A stretch of 64,000 nucleotides of DNA from SAR86 cluster bacterium. Lineage in GTDB: Bacteria > Pseudomonadota > Gammaproteobacteria > Magnimaribacterales > TMED112. Where the stretch lies: NCBI GenBank assembly GCA_023703555.1, contig CP097968.1, positions 653,451 to 717,450 on the forward strand. Reading direction: 5' to 3'. This document shows, one piece after another, positions 55,342 to 64,000 of the stretch (position 1 is its first letter; every line of letters begins with the position of its first letter). The notes beneath the pieces are model-generated. The model did not search any database and had not been told where the DNA came from. It saw only the letters and a program-made list of their open reading frames with translations. The position numbers and the translations under genes are program-made.

Positions 55342-56123
55342 TAAGACTCTAAATCAACAAGTAACTCAGGATTAATTCTATTGCCGTTGAGATAAACAAC
55401 CCAGTGCAAATGTGGTCCGGTAACTCTTCCAGTTGACCCAATACTGCCAATAAGATCTCCTGCATTTACCTCAGAGCCAAGATCTACTGCCCACGCACTT
55501 AGATGGCTGTATGATGTAAATAATCCTCCACCGTGATCGAGAATCATAAATTTCCCACTATAAAAATGCTCTTCTGCTAGTACTACTTTTCCAGACTTTG
55601 GAGCAACAACAGGATCGCCCTCAAAACCATCAATATCAAGCGCAAGGTGCGGTGCTCTTGGTGAACCATTTATAAATCTTTTTTTACCATAGCCAGAAGT
55701 TATAAAATTTTTCACTGGTGTAACAAATTCAAAATTAAAATCTCTTTGCGGTGATCTATTTTTAACGATTTGTCTTACTTTTAAAGCCTCAGAACTCGCC
55801 CTTTTTTGGTCAGCAATATTTAAATTGACCAATGCATTATTTTCAATAGTTATCCTTGATTCTCCATAGTCGATTGCTTTAATTGATACATTCAAACCTA
55901 AAACTTCTTGCTCATTACTCTCAAGCACATAAGGTAAACCTAAAATCTCATAATCTATGCCAGACTCTTTTACCAAATAACCAGAACTTTCTGCTCTTGC
56001 AATTATTTTTATAAATCCCCCAGAATTTCCAATTAATTCAAAATTACTTGGAAGCTGATATGAGGTTTTAGATGCGCATGATCCCAATAGCACTAAGAGA
56101 AAACAGATTAAAAAATTTTTCAT
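55338..56123 (-). CDS. M23-family metallopeptidase lipoprotein
   Basis: 261 aa with a lipobox (LLGSCAS). It has the C-terminal LytM motifs HLALDI and GSTGRVTGPHLHW. Confidence 0.88.
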   Translation of the reverse strand: MKNFLICFLLVLLGSCASKTSYQLPSNFELIGNSGGFIKIIARAESSGYLVKESGIDYEILGLPYVLESNEQEVLGLNVSIKAIDYGESRITIENNALVNLNIADQKRASSEALKVRQIVKNRSPQRDFNFEFVTPVKNFITSGYGKKRFINGSPRAPHLALDIDGFEGDPVVAPKSGKVVLAEEHFYSGKFMILDHGGGLFTSYSHLSAWAVDLGSEVNAGDLIGSIGSTGRVTGPHLHWVVYLNGNRINPELLVDLESY

Positions 56124-56142
56124 TCTTACAAAATAACGATTT

Positions 56143-56161
56143 TTCTTTCAAAGTGAAAGAA
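56143..56161. promoter_or_regulatory. Perfect 8-bp inverted repeat in the divergent M23/TPR promoter region
   Basis: TTCTTTCA-AAG-TGAAAGAA, located 20 nt upstream of the M23 peptidase ATG and 68 nt upstream of the TPR gene ATG. Confidence 0.3.
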
Positions 56162-56228
56162 TATTACAAGAATGTGAAATCATTCAAATCTCATTGCTGA
56201 TGGCAAAAATTTTCCTTAAATTTAATTC

Positions 56229-56672
56229 ATGAAAAAAATTCTTGTCATTGTTTTAATATTAATAAGTGTATTTAATTTGTCTTCTGCACCATCAAAGAAG
56301 GTGAATCCTGAGAAGCTTTTTAAAGAGGCTGAAAGATACCTTTACAAGGGTCAATACGAGCTGGCAAGGAAATCGCTAAGCAAATATGTTAAGGCTGAAA
56401 AAGATGATGCTGATGGTTGGAGCATGTATGCTTTTGCAAACAGAAAGCTTAAAAAATATGATGCTGCTGAAAAGTACTACAAAAAAGCTCTTAACTTAGA
56501 TCCAGAACATAAACAGGCTTTAGAGTATCAAGGAGAGCTCTTTGTTGAGCTTGGCGATATAGCATCTGCAGAAAATAATCTAAGCTTATTGGCTGAACTC
56601 TGTCCAAATAGCTGTGAAGAGTATGAAATGCTTGAAAAATATATTTCTGGTGCAAGTGTAAAATCTTGGTAG
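56229..56672 (+). CDS. Secreted tetratricopeptide-repeat protein
   Basis: 147 aa with a signal peptide and TPR-like A..YY.KAL.L.P repeats. It has the C-terminal CPNSCEEY. Confidence 0.7.
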   Translation: MKKILVIVLILISVFNLSSAPSKKVNPEKLFKEAERYLYKGQYELARKSLSKYVKAEKDDADGWSMYAFANRKLKKYDAAEKYYKKALNLDPEHKQALEYQGELFVELGDIASAENNLSLLAELCPNSCEEYEMLEKYISGASVKSW

Positions 56673-56745
56673 CAGGCATCACACTCCAATAGTTTTCACT
56701 TAAATGTCATTGCAAAAAGCCATCCTTTTTTACTATATTTAATTA

Positions 56746-57132
56746 ATGACTGGGGAGAGAATCCTATATATAGCCTTAATCCTTGTTGCTATAGGTATTG
56801 GTATATATGGATCTGTGAATAAGCTCTTTAGACCTCACGTTTATTATGAGTGTTCATCAAACTCTGAGGGGGGTTCTGCTAGCTTCTATATAAATGAACG
56901 AGAGTTTTACATTGTATCGATTGCACCACCAAAGTATTTGACCACTAAGTACGATGGTAAAGTGGAAACACTAGATTCAACAACTAGCTATTTTAAGGAA
57001 GATAAAGTTCACTATGTAATTCACAATAAGACTGATAATTCTTTCGCAATTAGCAAAATTATCGGTGAAACAATAACCACAAATACTTACGGGCCATGTC
57101 AAGAAACAAGACAGTTTCTTCAAAGAAACTAA
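56746..57132 (+). CDS. Hypothetical membrane-anchored protein
   Basis: 128 aa with one N-terminal TM segment. I recognise no family. Confidence 0.5.
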   Translation: MTGERILYIALILVAIGIGIYGSVNKLFRPHVYYECSSNSEGGSASFYINEREFYIVSIAPPKYLTTKYDGKVETLDSTTSYFKEDKVHYVIHNKTDNSFAISKIIGETITTNTYGPCQETRQFLQRN

Positions 57133-57207
57133 ATCCAAAAAGCGTATTTTTTTAATAAATAACTTTTAGACTCCTGTAAAAGCTAGCCTTTTTTTTTTAT
57201 ATTAATA

Positions 57208-57573
57208 ATGTATAGGAGAATTATGAGCGATTCAGAAAGTGTTAATAAAGTTGTTGAAATTTACGTAGAATCAATGAAAGAGTCTAGTGCAGATAAAGTC
57301 AAAGAAGCTTTTCATCCAAATGCGAAAGTTGTAGGCCATCTTCATGGCGATTTTTTAGAAATGAGTACTGAGGATTTTGCAGAATTTGTTGCGGCACAAG
57401 AACCGGCAGAAGTGGAATATGAAATACTCTCAACTGTTGTTGAAGGTACAACTGCAGCAGTCAAAATTAGAGATAAATATTTGGGGATTACTTTTCTCGA
57501 TACCTTATCACTTATAAAAATTGGTGATCAATGGAGCATATACAACAAACTATTTAATGTCGAAGAAGAATAG
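57208..57573 (+). CDS. NTF2-like / SnoaL-like (lumazine-binding-type) small protein
   Basis: 121 aa. The VV..Y....K......V...FHP.A.V.G pattern and the C-terminal WSIYNKLF fit an NTF2-fold protein. The assignment is from memory. Confidence 0.55.
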   Translation: MYRRIMSDSESVNKVVEIYVESMKESSADKVKEAFHPNAKVVGHLHGDFLEMSTEDFAEFVAAQEPAEVEYEILSTVVEGTTAAVKIRDKYLGITFLDTLSLIKIGDQWSIYNKLFNVEEE

Positions 57574-57626
57574 GTTTTAATTTTTTAAATAAGTGACTCT
57601 TAGGCTGCTACAAGGGTCATAAATAC

Positions 57627-57715
57627 TGGCGGAGAGAGAGGGATTCGAACCCTCGATACGGAAACCGTATAACACCTTAGCAGGGTGCCGCTTTCGACCA
57701 CTCAGCCACCTCTCC
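57627..57715 (-). tRNA. tRNA-Ser (anticodon GCT)
   Basis: The rc reads GGAGAGGTGGCTGAGTGGTCGAAAGCGGCACCCTGCTAAGGTGTTATACGGTTTCCGTATCGAGGGTTCGAATCCCTCTCTCTCCGCCA. It has a long variable arm, the anticodon loop CTGCTAA, and an encoded CCA. Confidence 0.93.
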
Positions 57716-57746
57716 TGAGGAACCTATAATACAAAGTTCTAATTAA

Positions 57747-59504
57747 TTAGTCTCTACCTTCTACAAGGTTTCTTAGTATGTGCAATTCGTCATCTGAGTA
57801 ATCTCGACAAAAACTAAATGGTGGACTCGGGTTGGTAAATTCTGAAAAGTATTCGACTGCAATCCAGCTTATAAGGCAACGTTCTTTAAGTTCTAATGTT
57901 GTATCTGACTCCAATTCTTTTAAAAATTCTTCTGGTACAACAGGATCATTTACCATTCCAATTTGATTTTCAAGCGGATTATCAAGAACAAGAAAGCTCT
58001 GATTATTCTCTGTAAATTTTTCCCAATCAGTATTGCCGAAAGAATTTGGATTGCCATATTTAGCCACATTACTCCAGTAGGTCATCATGTCTTCGCTTAG
58101 TGCTTTTGCTCCGCTTAAACTTGAATTAGGAAATACAATACTCCTTAAGTAAAACGGAATTTCTTGCATTTCAAAATCACCCAACATAAAAGGTATCTCC
58201 ATGGCATGTGCTGCTCCCAAATAAAGAGCATAATTGCCTGCGATTGAATTGCTTTGTTCATCCCAATCAAAACGAAATGAATAAAGATTTGCATTATTTT
58301 TACTCATTCGTCTGAGAGGTTCCTCTGCCCCCAAATGACGCCAGATATCACTTCTATATCTGATCCAACTCTTAAGATTCTCTTCGCTTCGCTTCAAGTT
58401 TCTGCGGATTTCTAATGTGGTGTCATAAAAATAATCCGAGCGAATGTAATAAAAATTCATTTCATCTCGGTTTGTTCCAGCTAACACAGTAACGTTTGGA
58501 TCGACCTGCTCTAAAGATCTTAATATTCCTTTCTTAGGAATTACTATTCCATCTCTTACGGTTACAGGAAGAATTGGATAAACTTCTCTGTCACTTGCTT
58601 CTTCATAACGTGCATAAATTTCTTGGTGTGAAAGTTCTTTAAGGTACTCTACAATTTCACTAGACTTCGTCATGAATTTTATATCCTCTTCAAAAACTTT
58701 TTCAGACGAAAGAGTTGAGAGAGATGTAGCTTCCTCCAATGAGTAAGTACTAGAGTAACCAGATTGCGATATTGCTTTTTGGAAAAGCCCTTTCGACAAT
58801 GGTGATGCCAATAATGCAAGGATGTTGTGACCGCCGGCAGATTCTCCAAAAATCGTAATATTATTTGGATCACCACCAAACTTTGAAATGTTTTGCTTAA
58901 CCCATTTAAGTGCTTGAATCATGTCTAGGTGTGCAAAATTTGAGGTTAAATCTAATCCTGAAGCGTCATCTCTTATAAAATCCGATGAAAACCAACCAAA
59001 AGGGCCAAGTCGATAATTAATTGATACAACGATGACATCTTTTTTAATTAAATTCTGAAAATCATATGTATTAGCCGAGCCATAGATATTTGCACCACCA
59101 TGGATCCAAAACATAACAGGAAAACTGTTTGATTCTAGCACCTCGCCTTTCTTTGGGATAAAGATATTGAGATATAAACAATCTTCTTCACCAATAGTAT
59201 TTGAGCGTCGGTATACCCCTAAAACATAGTCGTCACCAGGCTGAACACATTCATTACCAAAGTCCGTGGCGTAAATACTTTTAGTAGGTGTGTATTCTCT
59301 TGGTGCTTTCCATCTCAAGTCACCAACAGGCGCTTGAGCATAGGGGATTCCTTTAAAAATATAATTCTCTTCATTTTCAATACCAAAAAAATCACCAGAA
59401 GGTGCTGAAACTTTTTTAAGTGACTTGTCTGGTCGATCTGTTAAAGATGAGCAAGACATTAAAATAATACTGATAAAGATTAATAGAAATTGATTACGTG
59501 TCAT
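57747..59504 (-). CDS. Type-B carboxylesterase/lipase family lipoprotein
   Basis: 585 aa with a lipobox (LMSCSS). It has the oxyanion HGGA and the nucleophile elbow GESAGG. Confidence 0.88.
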   Translation of the reverse strand: MTRNQFLLIFISIILMSCSSLTDRPDKSLKKVSAPSGDFFGIENEENYIFKGIPYAQAPVGDLRWKAPREYTPTKSIYATDFGNECVQPGDDYVLGVYRRSNTIGEEDCLYLNIFIPKKGEVLESNSFPVMFWIHGGANIYGSANTYDFQNLIKKDVIVVSINYRLGPFGWFSSDFIRDDASGLDLTSNFAHLDMIQALKWVKQNISKFGGDPNNITIFGESAGGHNILALLASPLSKGLFQKAISQSGYSSTYSLEEATSLSTLSSEKVFEEDIKFMTKSSEIVEYLKELSHQEIYARYEEASDREVYPILPVTVRDGIVIPKKGILRSLEQVDPNVTVLAGTNRDEMNFYYIRSDYFYDTTLEIRRNLKRSEENLKSWIRYRSDIWRHLGAEEPLRRMSKNNANLYSFRFDWDEQSNSIAGNYALYLGAAHAMEIPFMLGDFEMQEIPFYLRSIVFPNSSLSGAKALSEDMMTYWSNVAKYGNPNSFGNTDWEKFTENNQSFLVLDNPLENQIGMVNDPVVPEEFLKELESDTTLELKERCLISWIAVEYFSEFTNPSPPFSFCRDYSDDELHILRNLVEGRD

Positions 59505-62062
59505 GATTTTAATGCAGCAATAGCTGACGATAATTCAATGAATTTATCAGTTAAGTTAGAGATGTCCGGACTGCCACCTTGAGCAAAATCCTCTCTTCCT
59601 CCACCCCTTCCTCCATATGCTTCGTTTACCATCAATATTAGATCCTTGGCATTTGGGTTTTTGATATTTGAAATCACGATGTAGGAAAGCTTTTTTTCAT
59701 CTGCAGAAATTAGGATGGAAAAGGCAGTATTTTTATTTTTTACAGCTTTATCTGCTGCCCTTCTCAACATTTCAATCGATGCATCTTTTTGGAGTATTAA
59801 CTTACCAGTTTTTCCACCCAAAGAGTAAGACTCCTCTGAGATTATTTCGGCATTCAGGCTCTTCTCTGCCTTCTTACCAGATTTAAGTTTTTTGTTTTCC
59901 TTAAGCACGCTTTCAAGCTTGCTTAGCACCTGATCATCAGAGACATTAAGTAATTTCTCAACCCTCTCCAAAAGTGAGATAGCTTTTTTTGATTTTTTTA
60001 CTAAATTAGTACCCGTAATTGCCTCAACTCTTCTTACTCCTGATGAAACTGATGACTCGCTAGAAATAATAAGACCACCAATATCAGAAGTGTTTTTTAC
60101 ATGCGTTCCTCCACAAAATTCTACAGAAAAATTTCCCCCAATGTTCAAAACTCTGACATTATCTCCATATTTATCACCAAAAAATGCAATTGCTCCAGTC
60201 TCTAGAGCTTTTTTGTAAGGCATGACTCTTACCTGCGTCTCAATGGCATTATCTATCTGTTCATTTACCAGCTCCTCAATATCTGAAATTTGTTCTTCAG
60301 AAAGTTTTTTTGGAAAGGAAAAGTCAAACCTAAGTTTTTCTTCATTCACAAGAGATCCCTTCTGCTCCACAGAATCTCCCAACACTTTTCTTAAAGCAGA
60401 ATGAAGCAGATGAGCAGCAGAATGATTCCTTATAATCCTTTCCCTTCGATCGCCATCTACACATAATTCATATTTTTCTGATGTACGTACCATCCCATCG
60501 ATAATTTTTATTTCATGTATATGGACGTCGCCCGATTTCTTACAGTCAATAATTTCACCATAACAACTCTCAGATTTTAAAATGCCTGTATCTCCTACCT
60601 GTCCACCAGATTCTGCATAAAACGGTGTTTGATTAAAAATAATAAATCCATGATCAACAATCTCGTTAACCTCCTTTCCCTCGTTGCTAAAAAGGAGTTC
60701 AGCATGACCTTCAGTTTTTAGAGTTTCATACCCCACAAATTCTGAGGTTACTCCAGGCTTGATAACAAAATCCTTTGCATTAAACATGGAGCTCTTTTTA
60801 GAGCCCGCCTTTTGTTTTTGCATCAAGCTTTCAAAAACTTTTAAATCAACAGAAATACCATGCTCTTCAGCCATACTTTGTGTTAGATCAATTGGAAAAC
60901 CAAAAGTATCATGCAACTTAAATGCGACTTCTCCACTTAAAATCTTTATATTCTGATTTTTTAAGCTGTCTTCAAAAATTTTCATACCCACAGATAATGT
61001 TCTGAAGAATAATTCTTCTTCATCTTTGAGGGCCGACTTAATTTCGGCGACATTTTTGAAATCTTCGTAGAAATCCTCTTGCAACAAATCCTTTAGCACA
61101 TCCATACATTTATACAGAAATGGTTCTGTTATCCCCATCTTATAACCATGTCTTATTGCCCTTCTAATCAACCTTCTTACAACATATCCACGTCCCTCAT
61201 TTGATGGATAAATAGTCTCAGACATCAGAAAGAAGACCGACCTTATATGATCAACAACAACATTGAGTGATTGGTCATTGGGGTTAGGAAAAAGGTTACT
61301 AATTGACTTTTTGAAGTCTGAAAAAAAATCTATTTCAAAGTTAGAGCCAACACCTTGTAGCACGGCACAAAGTCTCTCTAAGCCACTCCCAGTATCAACA
61401 CATTTGTTTGGAAGCGGATGAAGCTCTCCCGAAAGGTCACGATTGAATTCCATAAAAACTAAGTTCCAGATTTCTACGTATCTGTCACCTCCATCACCTT
61501 GGCCGGGCGGGGATCCTTCAAAACTTGGACCATAGTCATAAAAAATTTCTGAACATGGTCCACATGGGCCAGTCTCCCCCATAGACCAAAAGTTATCAGC
61601 ATCACCAAGTTTAGATACTTTATTTGGGTCAACACCAATATTATTAACCCACAAGTTCAATGACTCGTCGTCTGAATTGTGAATTGTTATCCAGAGCTTT
61701 TCCTTTGGCAGCTTTAGTTCTTTAGTTAAAAACTCCCAAGCAAATTGAATCGCCTCTTTTTTGAAATATTGACCGAAACTAAAGTTTCCAAGCATTTCAA
61801 AAAATGTTAGATGTCTTGAAGTAAAGCCAACATTTTCTAAATCATTATGCTTGCCTCCAACACGTAAACATTTTTGTGAAGAGGCTGCAGAATAATCCCT
61901 TAAGTCAGAGCCTAAAAAAGTATCTTTAAATTGCACCATACCTGCATTCGTAAAAAGTATGCTTTCATCACCATGGGGCACTAAGCTGCTTGAAGATACT
62001 ATTTTATGGTTATTTTTCTCAAAGTATTTTAGAAAGGCTTGTCTGAGTTCACTAAGTTTCAT
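59501..62062 (-). CDS. alaS: Alanine--tRNA ligase
   Basis: 853 aa. It has the N-terminal F.K..H..V.SSSLVP..D.S.LFTNAGM.QFK, the editing-domain HxxxH (HSAAHLLH) and CGGTH, and a C-terminal DHHA1 domain. Confidence 0.97.
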   Translation of the reverse strand: MKLSELRQAFLKYFEKNNHKIVSSSSLVPHGDESILFTNAGMVQFKDTFLGSDLRDYSAASSQKCLRVGGKHNDLENVGFTSRHLTFFEMLGNFSFGQYFKKEAIQFAWEFLTKELKLPKEKLWITIHNSDDESLNLWVNNIGVDPNKVSKLGDADNFWSMGETGPCGPCSEIFYDYGPSFEGSPPGQGDGGDRYVEIWNLVFMEFNRDLSGELHPLPNKCVDTGSGLERLCAVLQGVGSNFEIDFFSDFKKSISNLFPNPNDQSLNVVVDHIRSVFFLMSETIYPSNEGRGYVVRRLIRRAIRHGYKMGITEPFLYKCMDVLKDLLQEDFYEDFKNVAEIKSALKDEEELFFRTLSVGMKIFEDSLKNQNIKILSGEVAFKLHDTFGFPIDLTQSMAEEHGISVDLKVFESLMQKQKAGSKKSSMFNAKDFVIKPGVTSEFVGYETLKTEGHAELLFSNEGKEVNEIVDHGFIIFNQTPFYAESGGQVGDTGILKSESCYGEIIDCKKSGDVHIHEIKIIDGMVRTSEKYELCVDGDRRERIIRNHSAAHLLHSALRKVLGDSVEQKGSLVNEEKLRFDFSFPKKLSEEQISDIEELVNEQIDNAIETQVRVMPYKKALETGAIAFFGDKYGDNVRVLNIGGNFSVEFCGGTHVKNTSDIGGLIISSESSVSSGVRRVEAITGTNLVKKSKKAISLLERVEKLLNVSDDQVLSKLESVLKENKKLKSGKKAEKSLNAEIISEESYSLGGKTGKLILQKDASIEMLRRAADKAVKNKNTAFSILISADEKKLSYIVISNIKNPNAKDLILMVNEAYGGRGGGREDFAQGGSPDISNLTDKFIELSSAIAALKS

Positions 62063-62576
62063 TTGTTAGCTCTTGGCTGTACCTCTTTGATTTTTCAATG
62101 TAATGTTTTGAGCTAAGTTTTAAAACTTCTATTTCTTCATCAGATAAAGCTCTAATTAACTTAGCAGGACTGCCCATTATAAGTGAATTATCTGGAAATT
62201 CTTTCCTTTCAGTTATTAAAGAATTCGCTCCAATTATTGAGTTATTGCCAACTACAGCATGGTTCATTAAGACACTTCCCATACCAATGACCGTATTTTT
62301 GCCTACAGAAGCTCCATGAATAATTACTTTATGTCCAACTGTAGAATTTTCACCGATATTCACTGGTATTCCCTCATCGGTATGTATGACTGTGTTATCT
62401 TGAATATTCGTACCTTTTCTTATATGAATCTTGTCATTATCCCCTCTTATTGTGACGTTAAACCATACGGAAACATCATCTTCGAGAATGATTTCACCAA
62501 TTAAATCGGCGGACTTTGCAATCCAAACATTGTCTTTATTAAAGCTTGGTTTTTTTTCTCCTAGGTTGTAGATCAT
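62052..62576 (-). CDS. Gamma-carbonic-anhydrase-like hexapeptide-repeat protein (YrdA/PaaY/CaiE family)
   Basis: 174 aa with left-handed beta-helix repeats. It has VWFNVTIRGD, NIQDNTVIH and GH.VIIHG. Confidence 0.88.
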   Translation of the reverse strand: MIYNLGEKKPSFNKDNVWIAKSADLIGEIILEDDVSVWFNVTIRGDNDKIHIRKGTNIQDNTVIHTDEGIPVNIGENSTVGHKVIIHGASVGKNTVIGMGSVLMNHAVVGNNSIIGANSLITERKEFPDNSLIMGSPAKLIRALSDEEIEVLKLSSKHYIEKSKRYSQELTNET

Positions 62577-62606
62577 ATCTTTATTATAATTATATAAATC
62601 AATCTT

Positions 62607-63134
62607 ATGAATTTTTGTTCAAATTGTGGCTCTGCAAAATTAGAGAAAATTATCCCAGAGGGCGATAATCTTGAACGATTTGTATGCCGTGAGTGCGGGA
62701 CGATACACTATACAAATCCCAATATTGTTACAGGGGTCTTACCATATACAAAGAATAAAGAGATTCTGCTATGCAGACGATCAATTGAACCTCGTTCAGG
62801 TTTCTGGACATTGCCTGCAGGTTTTCTAGAAAATGGAGAAACAATTGAACAAGGCGCAATCAGAGAAACGTTGGAAGAGGCAAAACTAATAGTTGATGAT
62901 ATAGCCTTGTTTTCGGTAATAAGCGTTCCGCATATAAACCAAATTTACACTTTTTTTACTGGTCAAATAGTAAATGATGATTTTGGGCCTACTGCGGAAA
63001 GCAGTGAGGTAAAGTTGTTCTCTATTGAGGAAATCCCTTGGGATGAGCTGGCTTTCCCAACAGTTGTGAAAACCCTAGAGCTGTACCTGCAGAACGGAAA
63101 AGGCGAAGTTTTCAATGAGACTTTGTCTTATTGA
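62607..63134 (+). CDS. NUDIX hydrolase with N-terminal zinc ribbon
   Basis: 175 aa. It has CSNCGS...CRECG and the Nudix box GFLENGETIEQGAIRETLEEA. Confidence 0.88.
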   Translation: MNFCSNCGSAKLEKIIPEGDNLERFVCRECGTIHYTNPNIVTGVLPYTKNKEILLCRRSIEPRSGFWTLPAGFLENGETIEQGAIRETLEEAKLIVDDIALFSVISVPHINQIYTFFTGQIVNDDFGPTAESSEVKLFSIEEIPWDELAFPTVVKTLELYLQNGKGEVFNETLSY

Positions 63135-64000
63135 TTCTTTTTGTAAAATTGATAAGCGTTATCAAACATTTTAAACCAAGGCGATTCAATTCCCCATTCT
63201 TTAGGCGCCCATGAATACTGTTTAGTCAAGAATGTTCTTTCAGGATGAGGCATCATAATCATCACTCTTCCATCTTCATTACAAACACCTGCAATACCCT
63301 CAGCAGAACCATTTGGATTAAATGGATAAACACTGGTTGGTTGATGTTTAGGGTCAACATACTCAAGCACTTTGTTTCTCACTTTGCTATCAAAAGATGC
63401 TCTCCCCTCACCGTGCGAAACCATGACCGGAATAACACTATCGGCCATGCCCTCTAAGAAAATAGATGGAGAATGATTAATTTTTAGCTGGACAAGACGA
63501 CATTCATATTGATTTGAAATATTTCTTTGAAAAGAAGGCCAAGTTGTTGACCCTGGAATAATATCAGTTAATCCTGATAAAAATTGGCATCCATTACATA
63601 CCCCTAAAGAAAATTTCTTTGGATTGCTGAAGAAATCTCGAAAGATTTTTTTCATTTTGTTCTTATTGAGAATAGTTTTAGCCATACCCTTGCCAGCACC
63701 TAAGACGTCACCATAAGAGAACCCCCCTGGGACAACTAACCCAATAAACTCATCAAAAGACTTAATTTTTGTCCCAACCTCACTTAGATGTACGTCATTT
63801 ACTTCAAAGCCAGCTGCCATTAAGGCTGCAGCCATATCATAGTGACCATTTATCCCCTGTTCACGCAACAAAGCAATTTTCGGTTTACTTAAAAAGAGTT
63901 TCTGAGTTATCGCTGGAACAGCAAAATTAATTTTTGGAGTTAAAAAACGATCAAATTTTTTAAATGCTTTTCTTTCAGAGGTAGCAGTTTCAGGATTATC
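63128..64000 (-). CDS. purL: Phosphoribosylformylglycinamidine synthase (large single-chain form), C-terminal glutamine amidotransferase domain; 5' part outside window
   Basis: KPKIALLREQGINGH, GVCNGCQ (catalytic Cys) and MPHPER. The reading frame stays open from 63871 to 64000 (43 further codons, no stop), so the gene continues beyond the window. Confidence 0.93.
   Translation of the reverse strand, partial: DNPETATSERKAFKKFDRFLTPKINFAVPAITQKLFLSKPKIALLREQGINGHYDMAAALMAAGFEVNDVHLSEVGTKIKSFDEFIGLVVPGGFSYGDVLGAGKGMAKTILNKNKMKKIFRDFFSNPKKFSLGVCNGCQFLSGLTDIIPGSTTWPSFQRNISNQYECRLVQLKINHSPSIFLEGMADSVIPVMVSHGEGRASFDSKVRNKVLEYVDPKHQPTSVYPFNPNGSAEGIAGVCNEDGRVMIMMPHPERTFLTKQYSWAPKEWGIESPWFKMFDNAYQFYKKNQ

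Noticed and set aside
56673-57207. AU-rich hairpins after the TPR gene (AAAAAG-CCAUC-CUUUUU) and after the 128-aa ORF (AAAAG-CUAGC-CUUUU) as intrinsic terminators
   Set aside because: The stems are almost entirely A-U with a single G-C pair. Such structures are expected by chance in this AT-rich DNA.
1-64000. CRISPR arrays, IS elements or transposases, integrases, prophage genes, rRNA operons and known anti-phage defence cassettes
   Set aside because: Reading both strands, I found no spaced direct-repeat array, no terminal inverted repeats flanking a transposase-like ORF, no recombinase or phage structural motifs, and no rRNA-like sequence. The only mobile-element trace is the tRNA-Leu 3'-end duplicate reported above.

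Overview
This is a 64 kb window of visibly AT-rich, very tightly packed bacterial chromosome. I did not compute G+C. ZipA, the smc-zipA-ligA gene order and a complete ccmABCDEFGH cluster point to a genome-streamlined marine gammaproteobacterium, possibly SAR86-like; that is inference only. I can support about 70 protein genes and 3 tRNAs (Val-GAC, Leu-TAG, Ser-GCT).

The protein genes include:
- Replication, repair and division genes: recR, dnaX, recX, ligA, zipA, smc, alaS, purL, birA.
- Envelope redox genes: dsbD plus a peroxiredoxin-like gene, and ccm.
- Amino-acid catabolism genes: putA, tdh-kbl.
- Many secreted hydrolases and peptidases.
- A cluster of detoxification-type enzymes that includes a DhlA-like haloalkane dehalogenase.

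I saw no rRNA, CRISPR array, IS element, transposase, integrase, prophage or recognisable defence island.

The best leads are:
1. An A9G recoding site in dnaX where both alternative frames stop almost immediately.
2. A 732-aa mini-SMC with short arms and no recognisable hinge, sitting in the housekeeping smc position.
3. An uncharacterised module of a GMC oxidoreductase sandwiched between two paralogous membrane proteins.
4. A two-hairpin ROSE-like RNA thermometer upstream of ibpA, followed by a terminator that abuts the dsbD start codon.
5. A 17/19-nt duplicate of the tRNA-Leu 3' end that brackets a single lipoprotein gene.
6. A genome-architecture pattern in which all ten protein-protein convergent junctions have overlapping 3' ends.

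All family assignments come from reading motifs by eye and from recalled homologues. No searches were run.
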